A program made the translations under genes and the position numbers. A stretch of DNA of 63,589 nt, filler included, from an uncultured bacterium (GTDB lineage Bacteria > CAZDME01 > JAYEMH01), in assembly GCA_964506785.1 (NCBI GenBank). It is 3 parts of 3 records of this genome, joined end to end, with 100 filler letters (N's around TTAATTAATTAA, not from the genome) between each part and the next. Parts side by side here need not be neighbours in the genome. Positions count along the whole stretch, not along the records: positions 1 to 21,773 come from CAZDME010000017.1; positions 21,874 to 43,645 come from CAZDME010000018.1; 1 more part is not named here. The stretch is one strand, 5' to 3'. Positions 12,004 to 21,935 of this stretch are shown piece after piece. Each line of letters begins with the position of its first letter. Positions within the stretch are counted from its first letter, which is position 1. The notes under the pieces are model-generated. The model saw only the letters and a program-made list of their open reading frames with translations, was not told the origin of the DNA and did no database searches.

Positions 12004-13310
12004 TGGTTAAGCTTTCCGATATTATTAAAAAACAGGTTAAGGCCCAAAAAGAAAAACTAGCGGCGCAAAAAGAGAAAACAACCGAGGAAACCCCGCCTTC
12101 AGCAAAAATTTCCGCACCTTCCCGTTCTTCGCTAAGAATTTCTGAAACGGTAAAAAATAAAGAAATTTCCAGGAAAACCCTGCCGTATAGAGAGGCCGGC
12201 CTTAATCAGGTAAGAATATCTGAAAAAATAAAAGAAAAAATCAGTCAGAATCCCAAAGAGAAAAAAGAACCTTTCAGGGTTCATCTCTCCGGGCCGATAA
12301 AAGAAGGTGATAAGGAAAGACAAAAGGCCTATAAAGAGGTAGAAGCAAAAATCAGCGCTTTCCGTCTGGCTCAAATCGTTCGCGAACGAGAACAAGCAGA
12401 TGAATCCCCGGGGAAATTTTATGAAGAGTCCTTGAAAAAAATTTTAGTTTTCTGGGAGAGGCTGGAGAGAAAAGAAAATCTGGATTTTAGCCCGCTTAAA
12501 GAAATAGCTGCTTTGTTTCATAAAGCTTTAAAAAATAGTCCGGCCATTTTAGCCAATTTGGCAAAGGACTATCCAGCCGATAATTACCTTCCCTATCATT
12601 CGCTCAATGTAGGTCTTGTTGCCGTTGCTTTGGGATTGGGGCTACAATGGGGTGGCGAGCGTTTAGAGGATTTGGCTCTGGCGGCTCTTCTACATGATAT
12701 CGGGATGAATGAGATTCCTAAAGAGATTTATTTAAAGAGAGAGTTTCTTAAAGGCAATGAGCGAATCAGAATCAATGAGCACCCAAAAAATAGTGTGCAA
12801 ATGATTGAAAAAGCCGGTTCTTTCGATGAAAACGTTACCAGGATTGTCTTTCAGCATCACGAACGTTCCAACGGTCAGGGCTATCCGCAAAGGCTGCAAG
12901 AAAAAGATATTCATCCCGGGGCCAGAATTGTCGGCCTGGCGGATACCTTTGAAGCCATCACTCATCCCCGTCTATATCATAAAGTCCGGCTTCCCTATGA
13001 TGCTTTAAGCGAACTCATTGACCAAAAAAAAGGCGAATTTGATAAAATTGTTTTAAAAGCTCTTATCCAGGAGATAACTTTTTATCCCCTGGGAAGTTTT
13101 GTTGAACTTAATACCGGAGAAGTTGCCCTGGTAGAACGGACTCTGGTAGAGTATCCCACCCGGCCTAAAGTTAAAGTGCTGATAAGCGAAGGCGGGGAGA
13201 AGCTTGACCCTCCCCGGGAAGTTAACCTTCATCAAGAAAGACTCCTTTATATTCAAAGACCTATTTCTGCCCCGGTTGGAACGGAGAAAAGTCCAGCTTT
13301 CCCCATTTAG
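12003..13310 (+). CDS. HD-GYP domain c-di-GMP phosphodiesterase with long charged N-terminus
   Basis: HSLNV, LLHDIG, HHERSNGQGYP, ADTFEAIT..R. Confidence 0.9.
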   Translation: MVKLSDIIKKQVKAQKEKLAAQKEKTTEETPPSAKISAPSRSSLRISETVKNKEISRKTLPYREAGLNQVRISEKIKEKISQNPKEKKEPFRVHLSGPIKEGDKERQKAYKEVEAKISAFRLAQIVREREQADESPGKFYEESLKKILVFWERLERKENLDFSPLKEIAALFHKALKNSPAILANLAKDYPADNYLPYHSLNVGLVAVALGLGLQWGGERLEDLALAALLHDIGMNEIPKEIYLKREFLKGNERIRINEHPKNSVQMIEKAGSFDENVTRIVFQHHERSNGQGYPQRLQEKDIHPGARIVGLADTFEAITHPRLYHKVRLPYDALSELIDQKKGEFDKIVLKALIQEITFYPLGSFVELNTGEVALVERTLVEYPTRPKVKVLISEGGEKLDPPREVNLHQERLLYIQRPISAPVGTEKSPAFPI

Positions 13311-13398
13311 CATGCTATATTTGTGCCTATGCGGCGCAAAAGGGATGTTCCTCAATACAATTCTTTTCCCTCTTACTCTCTAAATAGTATTTATCGTT

Positions 13399-14604
13399 AT
13401 GAGTGAAAATTCAGAACTTACCGGGATTGTCCTGGCAGTTAAAATCAAAGTGCTGCATATTGTCACCAGATTAGGCCCTGGGGGAGTTACCGAAACCCTT
13501 AGGGCTTTATCTAAATATGTAAATAAAGGAGCATTTGAATTCTTTTTTGTTTCCGGCCTGGAAAATGATTTGAAATTAGACAAATCTAAAAAGGCCATAG
13601 CCGGAGGGATGAATTTAAAAATTATTCCCGGATTGAAGAGAAATATTAATCCCTGGAGCGACCTTTTAAGTTTAATCAGTTTATATCTTTTTATAAAAAA
13701 AGGTAATTTTGATATTGTCCATACCCATACTTCAAAGGCAGGCTTCCTGGGAAGGATTGCCGCCCGTCTGGCAAAGGTTCCGGTAACAATCCATCAGCCG
13801 CACGGTCATGTCTTTAAAGGAATGTTTGATTTTTTTACTACCAGGCTCTTTATCTTTCTTGAGAAAACAGCCGCTTTAATTACCGATAAAATTATTACCG
13901 TAACCCGGCTTGGCAAAGAAGAACATATCCGCTATGGCATTGCCTCTCCGGATAAATTTATAGTTATTCCCAGCGGGATAGATTTAGAAAGATTCTTAAA
14001 AGTAGAAGTTGATATAAAAAAGGGAAGAAGAGATTTAGGGATTGAAAATGAATATCCAATCGTCGGGACAGTAGCTCATCTGGTAAAGCGAAAAGGCTAT
14101 TTATATTTACTTAAAGCCATTTCCCAGGTTAAGAAAATTCATTCTAAAATAAAGGTTCTTATTGTCGGCGAAGGTGCTCTCCGTCCGCATTTAGAAAAAC
14201 AGGTCAAAAAAATGGGGCTGGAGAGAAATTTTCTTTTCCTGGGAGAAAGAGAAGATGTAGAGGTCATTTATCCGCTTTTAGATTTATTCGTTCTTTCCTC
14301 AGTCAACGAAGGGATGGGCCGGGTTTTGATTGAAGCCATGGCTTCCGGGAGGCCGGTGGCAGCGGCCAGGATTATGGGAATACCGGAGCTGGTAATAGAC
14401 GGCCTGACGGGGAGATTGGCTTCCCCTAAAGATTCGGATGCCCTGGCAGAAGCAATAATTGATTTGCTGGGCGATAAAGAGAAATTAAGTAAGATGGGGC
14501 TAGCCGCAAAGAAAAAAGTAGAGGCATCTTCGCAATTTGACGATAAAGTAATGGTAAAAAGAATTGAAAGCCTGTATCAAGAGCTTACCAAGAGTATTTT
14601 TTAA
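13399..14604 (+). CDS. GT4 family glycosyltransferase (start uncertain)
   Basis: HTHTSKAG and EGMGRVLIEAMA. Confidence 0.92.
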   Translation: MSENSELTGIVLAVKIKVLHIVTRLGPGGVTETLRALSKYVNKGAFEFFFVSGLENDLKLDKSKKAIAGGMNLKIIPGLKRNINPWSDLLSLISLYLFIKKGNFDIVHTHTSKAGFLGRIAARLAKVPVTIHQPHGHVFKGMFDFFTTRLFIFLEKTAALITDKIITVTRLGKEEHIRYGIASPDKFIVIPSGIDLERFLKVEVDIKKGRRDLGIENEYPIVGTVAHLVKRKGYLYLLKAISQVKKIHSKIKVLIVGEGALRPHLEKQVKKMGLERNFLFLGEREDVEVIYPLLDLFVLSSVNEGMGRVLIEAMASGRPVAAARIMGIPELVIDGLTGRLASPKDSDALAEAIIDLLGDKEKLSKMGLAAKKKVEASSQFDDKVMVKRIESLYQELTKSIF

Positions 14605-14712
14605 TTTTTTTAAGTTGATTTTTATTCAGGGATATATTAGTATTATAAAGAGAGCTAGTCTGATTTGGGAAATAATTTTTAAAAATATAAGAAGAAATCA
14701 ACCAAGAAGGGG

Positions 14713-15357
14713 GTGAAAATGGCTAAAGGAGAAAGAACTAACCGTTTGAAAATTCGCCTGATTGGCATCGCCGTAATCTGTATTATAATAGTGACGGCAG
14801 CCATTATCGTTAAAGCGGCTGATGTCGAGGTTAAACTTAACAGTAGCGACGGTTCTACCTATTTTGAAATACAGGATTCTGGCGGCTCAGGTGTTTTTAC
14901 CGTGGATTCTGACGGGAACGTTGCTATCGGGACGACAGATCCGGGCAGCTACGCCCTCTATGTTAGTGGTGATACTTACATTAACGGTGATTTCACCGTA
15001 GATGCCGGGCATACTAAATCTTCTGCGGTCAATACATCCAAGGGCAAGGTCCGTTTTTATTCGATAGAAGCGCCTGAAGTAAGGGTGGAAGATTTTGGGA
15101 CGGCTCAACTGGTAAATGGAGAAGCAAAGGTTAAGATAGATTCTCTTTTTAGAGAAGGGATATCTGATAAGGAGGAATATCAGGTGTTTGTTGCTTTACT
15201 TGATGATTGCAACGGCGTTTATATCGCCAAGAAATCTCCCAATCATTTTACCGTAAAAGAGATTAAGGATGGCAAAAGTTCCTCTCGTTTTGAATGGAGA
15301 ATTATCGGCAAGGTAAAGGGTCTTGAAGATAGAAGAATGGAGAAGGTAAAAAAATAA
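14713..15357 (+). CDS. secreted protein with GNVxIGTTxP repeat and phage-tail-fibre-like C-terminal domain
   Basis: signal peptide ending IIVKA; GNVAIGTTDP; YSIEAPEVRVEDFGTAQLVNGEAKVKID...YQVF...FEWRIIG. Confidence 0.55.
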   Translation: MKMAKGERTNRLKIRLIGIAVICIIIVTAAIIVKAADVEVKLNSSDGSTYFEIQDSGGSGVFTVDSDGNVAIGTTDPGSYALYVSGDTYINGDFTVDAGHTKSSAVNTSKGKVRFYSIEAPEVRVEDFGTAQLVNGEAKVKIDSLFREGISDKEEYQVFVALLDDCNGVYIAKKSPNHFTVKEIKDGKSSSRFEWRIIGKVKGLEDRRMEKVKK

Positions 15358-15373
15358 GCCGGCAGGTTTTTAG

Positions 15374-16834
15374 TTAATCTGCCCGCTTGACTATAAATAA
15401 ATCTATGGCTGTAATTCCTATGAGGAAGGCAAATATTTTTTTTATCAGGCGGCCGCTTAAAAGCGGAAGAGGTAGCTTAATTTTTTTTGCCCGGGTTTGA
15501 TTTTCTAAGATGTAGATGTTAAATCTTTGGTCTCCTTTTTTTAAAAATTTATAGTTTTTAACCGGATTTTGACTTACTGCCAGGAGAGCACCCTGGTTAG
15601 GATTATTGGTTGTAGAACGGTAGCTGAGGGCGGAAAGAAAACATCTCGATTTGAAATCGGTATTTATGTAGACAAAATCGCCTTCAGAGGTGTTCTTTTT
15701 GATAATCCGGGCAATCTGAATTATCGATTTTTCCGGTAGGAGCAGAGAATATTTTTTCAACATAGAACTTTTTGCAAATAGAAGGTAAGTTAAAGAAGCC
15801 GTGGATACAAGAAGGAAACAAAGGATAAAGGCAGATTTAACTATTGTTTTTTTGGATTTTTTTTCAATAAATAGATAGATTTTTTCGAGGAAACAGGCGC
15901 TTAACATGGAAAGGGGCAGAAGGCAGGCTGCTTTCCAGTATCTTGTCAGCCAGGCCAAAGGGATGAATGCCAAAAAGCAAGAAGGAAGCATCAAATAACT
16001 GCCTTTCTTTTTATAACTCAGGAATATTCCCGGCAGGGCTAATATTTCTAAATAGAGCCATTTAGAATATTTCAAGGGGTTTAAATTGGAAAGTGAGAGG
16101 TTAAAAGAAACCCCGAGATTGTTTATATAAAGATGGAAAATTTTAATTCGCTTCAGGATTATTATTGAAAGAGGCAGGCTTAAAAGGGCTATTGCCCCTA
16201 ATATAAGAAACAGTGGTTTGCGGTCTTTTTTAGAATGAAGGGCATAAATAAAAAGAAAAAGAAGGCTTAGGCTTCCTATTAGATGGGTGGAAAGACAGAG
16301 CAAACTGAGCAGGCCGGCGGTCAAATAGTTCTTCTTTGCCAGGGATAAGAATATCAGAGGAAAAATTAGAAATACCAGGCCGGCGGGGGAATTAGCCAGG
16401 CTAAAGTTCATCCATATCGGAATGCTTAAAAGGATTACTAAAGAAAAAAAAGCGATTCTTGGGTTAAAAACTGTTTTTAAAGAAAACCAGAAGGCCAAAA
16501 TGGAAAGGATGAAGATAATCCAGGGGAAAAATTTTCCTAAAGTAAGGGCATCTAATCCTGAAGAAAGAAGCAAATATCCGATTGTATGAAAAAAAGGCAG
16601 ATAACGCTGAGCCTGCCAGCCGGGAGCGGCAAGCCAGAAATCGGTAATCGTCAACCCGCCGGCGCGTTCGAAGCCGACCATGGTGGATAAATGAAAGGCT
16701 GGTTCATACATGTTGAAGTATAGGGGATAACGCCATTGCCAGTAAAAAAAGGTTAAGATGGCGGCCAAACAGATAACCGTTAGAGACAGAATATTGAATA
16801 TTTTTTTAGCCCCTGTGGCATTTGCGGCTTCCAT
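15374..16834 (-). CDS. polytopic membrane protein, probable GT-C-like glycosyltransferase
   Basis: many TM helices; EPAFH and YLPFFH loop motifs; promoter spacing favours ATG 16834. Confidence 0.55.
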   Translation of the reverse strand: MEAANATGAKKIFNILSLTVICLAAILTFFYWQWRYPLYFNMYEPAFHLSTMVGFERAGGLTITDFWLAAPGWQAQRYLPFFHTIGYLLLSSGLDALTLGKFFPWIIFILSILAFWFSLKTVFNPRIAFFSLVILLSIPIWMNFSLANSPAGLVFLIFPLIFLSLAKKNYLTAGLLSLLCLSTHLIGSLSLLFLFIYALHSKKDRKPLFLILGAIALLSLPLSIIILKRIKIFHLYINNLGVSFNLSLSNLNPLKYSKWLYLEILALPGIFLSYKKKGSYLMLPSCFLAFIPLAWLTRYWKAACLLPLSMLSACFLEKIYLFIEKKSKKTIVKSAFILCFLLVSTASLTYLLFAKSSMLKKYSLLLPEKSIIQIARIIKKNTSEGDFVYINTDFKSRCFLSALSYRSTTNNPNQGALLAVSQNPVKNYKFLKKGDQRFNIYILENQTRAKKIKLPLPLLSGRLIKKIFAFLIGITAIDLFIVKRAD

Positions 16835-16841
16835 GTCATAT

Positions 16842-16870
16842 ATGATAGTAAAATTGAGTCTGGAGGTCAA
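16842..16870 (-). promoter_or_regulatory. promoter giving a leaderless transcript
   Basis: TTGACC-17-TATCAT, then 7 nt to ATG 16834. Confidence 0.65.
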
Positions 16871-16974
16871 CAACAATCATTTATAGCTGAGTTTAGACCG
16901 TGGCCTTTTTCGCTGGGATGTATTCGTATTTACCCTTAAAATATGGTATAATTATTATGGTTGAAAAAGAAAGA

Positions 16975-17131
16975 GCGAAAAAGGCAAACCTCGTTAGAGA
17001 CGATTCTAATGGGGGGCGCCACGGAAGAGACAAAGGTCTCTAACGGGGCAAACTGTTCGAAAGGATAGGACGCAAAGCTTCAGAGCCTAAGCCCTGAGTG
17101 GAAACAAAGGGTAAGGCTGTCAGCTGCCGAA
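16975..17131 (+). ncRNA. c-di-GMP-I riboswitch interrupted in P2 by a palindromic insert
   Basis: CG-AAAAA-GGCAAAC[insert]GGCAAACTGTTC-GAAA-GGATAGGACGCAAAGC..GCCTAAG-CCCT..AGGG-TAAGGC..CTGCCGA; extended -10 TGGTATAAT at 16944-16952. Confidence 0.85.
16989..17048. repeat. palindromic CCTCGTTAGAGAC...GTCTCTAACGGGG element with flanking GGCAAAC duplication
   Basis: 13-bp inverted arms; GGCAAAC at 16983-16989 and 17047-17053. Confidence 0.8.
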
Positions 17132-17166
17132 AACCAGAGAAAACTGAATATTGTAGTCGAGCTGAC

Positions 17167-17200
17167 AGAAGCCTATTCTTTCAAGAATAGGCTTTCTTTC
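17167..17200 (+). terminator. intrinsic terminator (expression platform of riboswitch 2)
   Basis: AAGCCTATTCTT-tc-AAGAATAGGCTT followed by TCTTTC. Confidence 0.85.
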
Positions 17201-17303
17201 TAAAAAGCAGAAGACGGAAGGCAGAGAAAGAAAAAACTTGCACCTACGAGGTGCAAGGATTTGGGGAAATAGAAGACAGAAAGCAGAAAACAAAGGGGAT
17301 AAA

Positions 17304-20300
17304 ATGAGTAAGCGGTTTATTGGGGCAATAATATGTATTGGATTTATAATCCTAATGGCTTCTCCGGCCGAGGGAGCTTGGCTTTCTGGATGGGATAACC
17401 GGATTAAGTTAAGGATTGACAGCAGTAAGGTCGATAGTACTTTAACTAATTTTCCAGTTCTGCTCTACCTTAGCGCCGCCTCAGGCATTGGCGATGAAGA
17501 TGTCTCCTGCGTTTTTGATGAGCTCGCTTTAGATGCTAACCGGCGGAAAATAGCCGTAACCACCTCTGACGGCACTACGGAATGTTATGTAGAAATCGAG
17601 AAGTGGGATGATGCCAATGAGAAGGCCTGGCTCTGGGTCAAGGTTCCCAGTATAAGTAGTAGCTCTGACACCGACCTTTACCTTTACTACGATGTCAACC
17701 ATTTAGACAACGGTATCTATGTGGGGGATACAAATTCCACCCCGGCTGAAAGTGTCTGGGATGATAATTATGTAATGGTTCAGCATTTAGCCGATGGGGC
17801 CAGTACCTCTGCCACTTATGATAGTACTTCTAATAATAACGACGGAACAAAAAAAGGAGCCAATGAGCCGATTGAAACAAACTCTGGAAAAATTGATGAT
17901 GCTCAGGATTTTGATGGCGGGGATGATTATTTAACTACGGCGCTTGGTGGTTTACCAACTACAATGGTGGATATAACAGTTGCATTCTGGGCAAGCCCAA
18001 GCGGAACACTTGAACATGGATCTATTCTTCGGGCTGTTACTGATGATACCGCTAATAGATTAAATATACATTTCCCTTGGGATGATAGCACAATTTACTG
18101 GGATTTTGGGGATATTTCGGGGAATGGGCGTCTTACTGCAAGTTGGAATTCTGATTGGAATAATGTATGGGCATATTGGGTATTTATTTCTGAAGCGGGG
18201 GTAGGACAAAAGATATATCGAAATAACACTCTGGTAGCAAGTGATGCTAATGTAGAGTATTTTTCAAAAGGCACAAAAACTCTTGAGATAGCTAAGTATA
18301 ATGATGTTTATTGGGATGGAATTATTGATGAGTTTCGCATTTCCTCTTATCCCCGCTCTGCCGCCTGGATTAAAGCCTCCTACAATTCCGGCAATGACAG
18401 CTTTGTCACTTTTGGCGCTGCGGAAGGCCGCTCGGACTGGCTTTCCGGCTGGGACCAGCGGATTAAATTAACCGTTGATAGCACCAAGGTGGATGAAAAC
18501 TTAACTGATTTTCCGGCTCTCGTTTACCTCAGCGCCGCCTCAGGTATTGGCGATGTCGATGTCTCCTGTGTGTTTGATGAGTTGACTTCAGATGATAACC
18601 GCAAGAAAATAGCCGTAACCACCTCTGACGGCCAAACCCAGTGTTATGTAGAAATCGAGAAATGGGACGATGCCAGTGAGGAGGCCTGGCTCTGGGTTAA
18701 AATTCCTAGTGTGAGCAGTATTGGCGATAGCTATCTTTATTTATACTACGATGCTGACCATGCCGATAACACTACCTATATAGGAGATACCAACTCCACC
18801 CCGGCTGAAAATGTCTGGAATAGTCATTTTAAAGGGGTATGGCATTTGGATGAGACTACCGGCTCCTATTATGATTCTACAGACAGTAATTATGACGGCA
18901 CTCTTACTGACGCTGATACGGATAGTACTAGGGGCGCTACGGGTAAAATAAATGGGGCGATTGATTTAAACGGAGATGCTGATTATATTGACTGCGGTGA
19001 TGTAGCTGAAGTAGATAGTGTTTATGCCCTTACCTATGAGGTGTGGATGAAGGACGGCGCAACTAACGCTCTGATTTCTAAATATACAGACGATAACAGC
19101 AAAGCAAGTATCTACAATGCATCCGGCGATGCGCTTTATTGGAGTCTTACTGATGGTTCCCCTGGTTCCCCTAGCTACGGTACGAGTGCTGTATTAACCG
19201 GTGAGCATTATCTGGCAATGGCTTATGATGGGTTGCAAACCGGAAACTCAAATATACTAAAGGGATATGTGGATGGTGAGGAGGTAACTTTGTCTTTTAC
19301 CGGTACAATTCCGGCACTGACCGCAAACCATAGTGAAAATCTCTATTTAGGAAAGCAGGCAGCAGCTTATACCGATGGCATCATTGACGAAGTCCGCATT
19401 TCCTCTTCTCCCCGCTCGGCCGCCTGGATTAAAGCCTCATATAACTCCGGCAATGACAGCTTTATCACCTTTACCGGCACGGCAGAATCCCCGCCGAGTG
19501 CATTTTCCGGCTGGGATAACCGGATTAAATTAACTATTGACAGCAGTAAAATTGATTCTGATTTAACTAATTTCCCGGTTTTGATTCATATTAGTTCCGC
19601 CTCAGGCATAACTGATTCTGATGCCAGCCGGGTTTTTGACGAATTGACTTCAGATGACAACCGTAAGAAAATAGCCGTAACCACCTCTGACGGCCAAACC
19701 CAGTGCTTCGTAGAAATTGAGAAGTGGGATGATGCCAGTGAAGAGGCCTGGCTCTGGGTTAAGGTCCCGGCGATAAGCAGCACCAACGATACTGACCTTT
19801 ACCTCTATTATGATGCTGACCACCCTAATAACACCTACTATGTAGGCGACAGCGGCTCGATGACAGATATCTGGGGAACTGAATACGTTATGGTTCAGCA
19901 TTTAGAAGAAACCAGCGGCACCCATTATGATTCCACTTTTCGTGATAACGATTCAAGCGTCGTTTCGGTAACTACCCAGGGCTCGGCAACCGGAAAAATC
20001 GATGGTTCAGATGAATTTGCCGCTGGTAAATATATCGATTGCGGAACTGACACCAGTCTTGATTTTGCTGGGGCCTTTACGGTAAGTGCCTGGGTAAAAC
20101 CGGATACCCTGATAAATTATGGCGGTATTGTCAGTAAGGTTATTTCTGGCCGGACCGGAACCTATTCATATATGTTAGTCTGCCATAATGATGGGACTAT
20201 AGGCGCGTGGGGTAGTAGTACCTGGAACTTTTCGACTGATGCCGGTATTACCGCCGGCAACTGGTATCACCTTACATGGAAACTTACCGGAGGCAACATC

Positions 20301-21773
20301 TATTATTTTGTCAATGGTACGGCCTACGGCAGTGACTCCTTTTCTTGTACCGATGTTCCTACCCACATTCTATATATAGGCAGTTGGTATAGTGTAAACA
20401 CCAATTATGATTTTGACGGCATTATTGATGAAGTGCGGGTTTCATACACTGCCCGCTCTGATGCCTGGATTAAAGCCTCCTATTATTCCGAGGCTGACCT
20501 TTTGCTTACCTTTGAAGGTGCCTCGGACTGGGGGGTAAGTGATTATGCCTATCGCAAACAGATAACCGTTGCCGGTTCAACGGTTGGTGAATTGGCCAAT
20601 TACCAGATGAAACTGACTGTCCATAAAGGCAGCGGCAGTGATTCCGGAAGCGATGTTTATCTTAGCAGCCACTGCCAGGATGATTTTGATGATATCCGCT
20701 TTACCGCTGATGACGGCACTACCCAATTGGATTACTGGCGGGAAAGCTATACCTCCGGGGATAATGCTGTTTTCTGGATAGAGTTTCCGGCAATTCCGGC
20801 CTCCTCTGATTCGGCTAATTTCTATATTTATTACGATAATAGCTCTGCCAGCTCCGCCACAAATGGCGATGAGACCTTTGTTTTCTTTGACGATTTTACC
20901 GGTACTACCATTGATACCGATAAATGGAATGAAACTGATACTGGCGGCAACCTCTCCCAAAATGATAAAATTATACTCTATGACGGCACTGGTGCGTGGA
21001 CTACCACCGGCTTATTTACTGATTCCAACTTCGCCCGGACATCCGGTAATGCTTATCGGGAATTCAGATGCAAATATCAACCTATGTGTCAGCGAGGGGC
21101 GAGTTATCAGGATACGACGATGTTGGGATGGAAAAATACCGCGGCTGGCGTTAACTATGCCGAAATGCCTCATGCAACGTATTACATCACTGACGGGTAC
21201 GATATACATGTGTATGAAGATTCAATAGCACGGGGGGATGTGGGAGATTTTGTTGCCGAGACCCAATATTGGCTTAAAACAACCCTTACCTCAAACGGCG
21301 CCAAATATTATAACAGTACTGACGGAGATAGCTGGACACTTCTTTATACCGGCACTGCCTCCAGCGCAAGTCCCTTGAAAGTCGGTTTTACCCACTATCA
21401 AGGAGGAGATTCTTATGTTGATGATGTTTTCGTCCGCAACTGTGCGACGACCGAGCCGACCTTTGGCACCTGGGGAAGCGAGGAATCCGGCCCGGCGGCT
21501 GTGGTTACCAATTCTGTCGGGCCAACCAATGTTACCGCTACTACCGCCCGTTTAAACGGGGAGATAACTGATATTGGTTTTGAAAATCCTACTGTCCATA
21601 TTTACTGGGGAGATGAAGATGGCGGCACCACTCCCGGAAGCTGGGACACTGATGAGAATCTGGGCACCAAAAGCGCCGGAACGTTTTATCAAGATGTCAG
21701 CTCTTTAACTACGGCTAAAACCTATTACTACCGCTGTTATGCCACTCATTCAGGAAATGATGATGCCTGGGCC
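17304..21773 (+). CDS. giant secreted DUF2341/LamG repeat protein, probable adhesin (3'-truncated at contig end)
   Basis: signal peptide from MSKRFIG; three WxSGWDxRIKL...AWLWVKVP...GIIDEVRIS modules; fourth DUF2341-type block. Confidence 0.88.
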
Positions 21774-21873
21774 NNNNNNNNNNNNNNNNNNNNNNNNNNN
21801 NNNNNNNNNNNNNNNNNTTAATTAATTAANNNNNNNNNNNNNNNNNNNNNNNNNNNNNNNNNNNNNNNNNNNN
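21774..21873. other. artificial contig linker
   Basis: N44-TTAATTAATTAA-N44, stops in all six frames. Confidence 0.98.
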
Positions 21874-21935
21874 TACGGAGAAATAGTTAGCTGGATTGGT
21901 TAATCTTATAGGCGGCGGTTGGACAAATTAGAAAA

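Noticed and set aside
9490-17131. Riboswitches as the cGAMP-sensing GEMM-Ib variant
   Set aside because: Both have G, not A, at the position-20 equivalent (GGCAAAC)
17238-17303. TTG start of the giant protein as given in the ORF track
   Set aside because: Lies in repeat-rich leader; ATG 17304 has an SD and begins a signal peptide
17379-21773. Diversity-generating retroelement target in the adhesin
   Set aside because: No reverse transcriptase or adenine-specific TR/VR pair visible in the window
21774-21873. TTAATTAATTAA palindrome within N runs (also 43646-43745)
   Set aside because: Artificial six-frame-stop linker; ORF ends at 21821, 43693 and 43698 are artefacts
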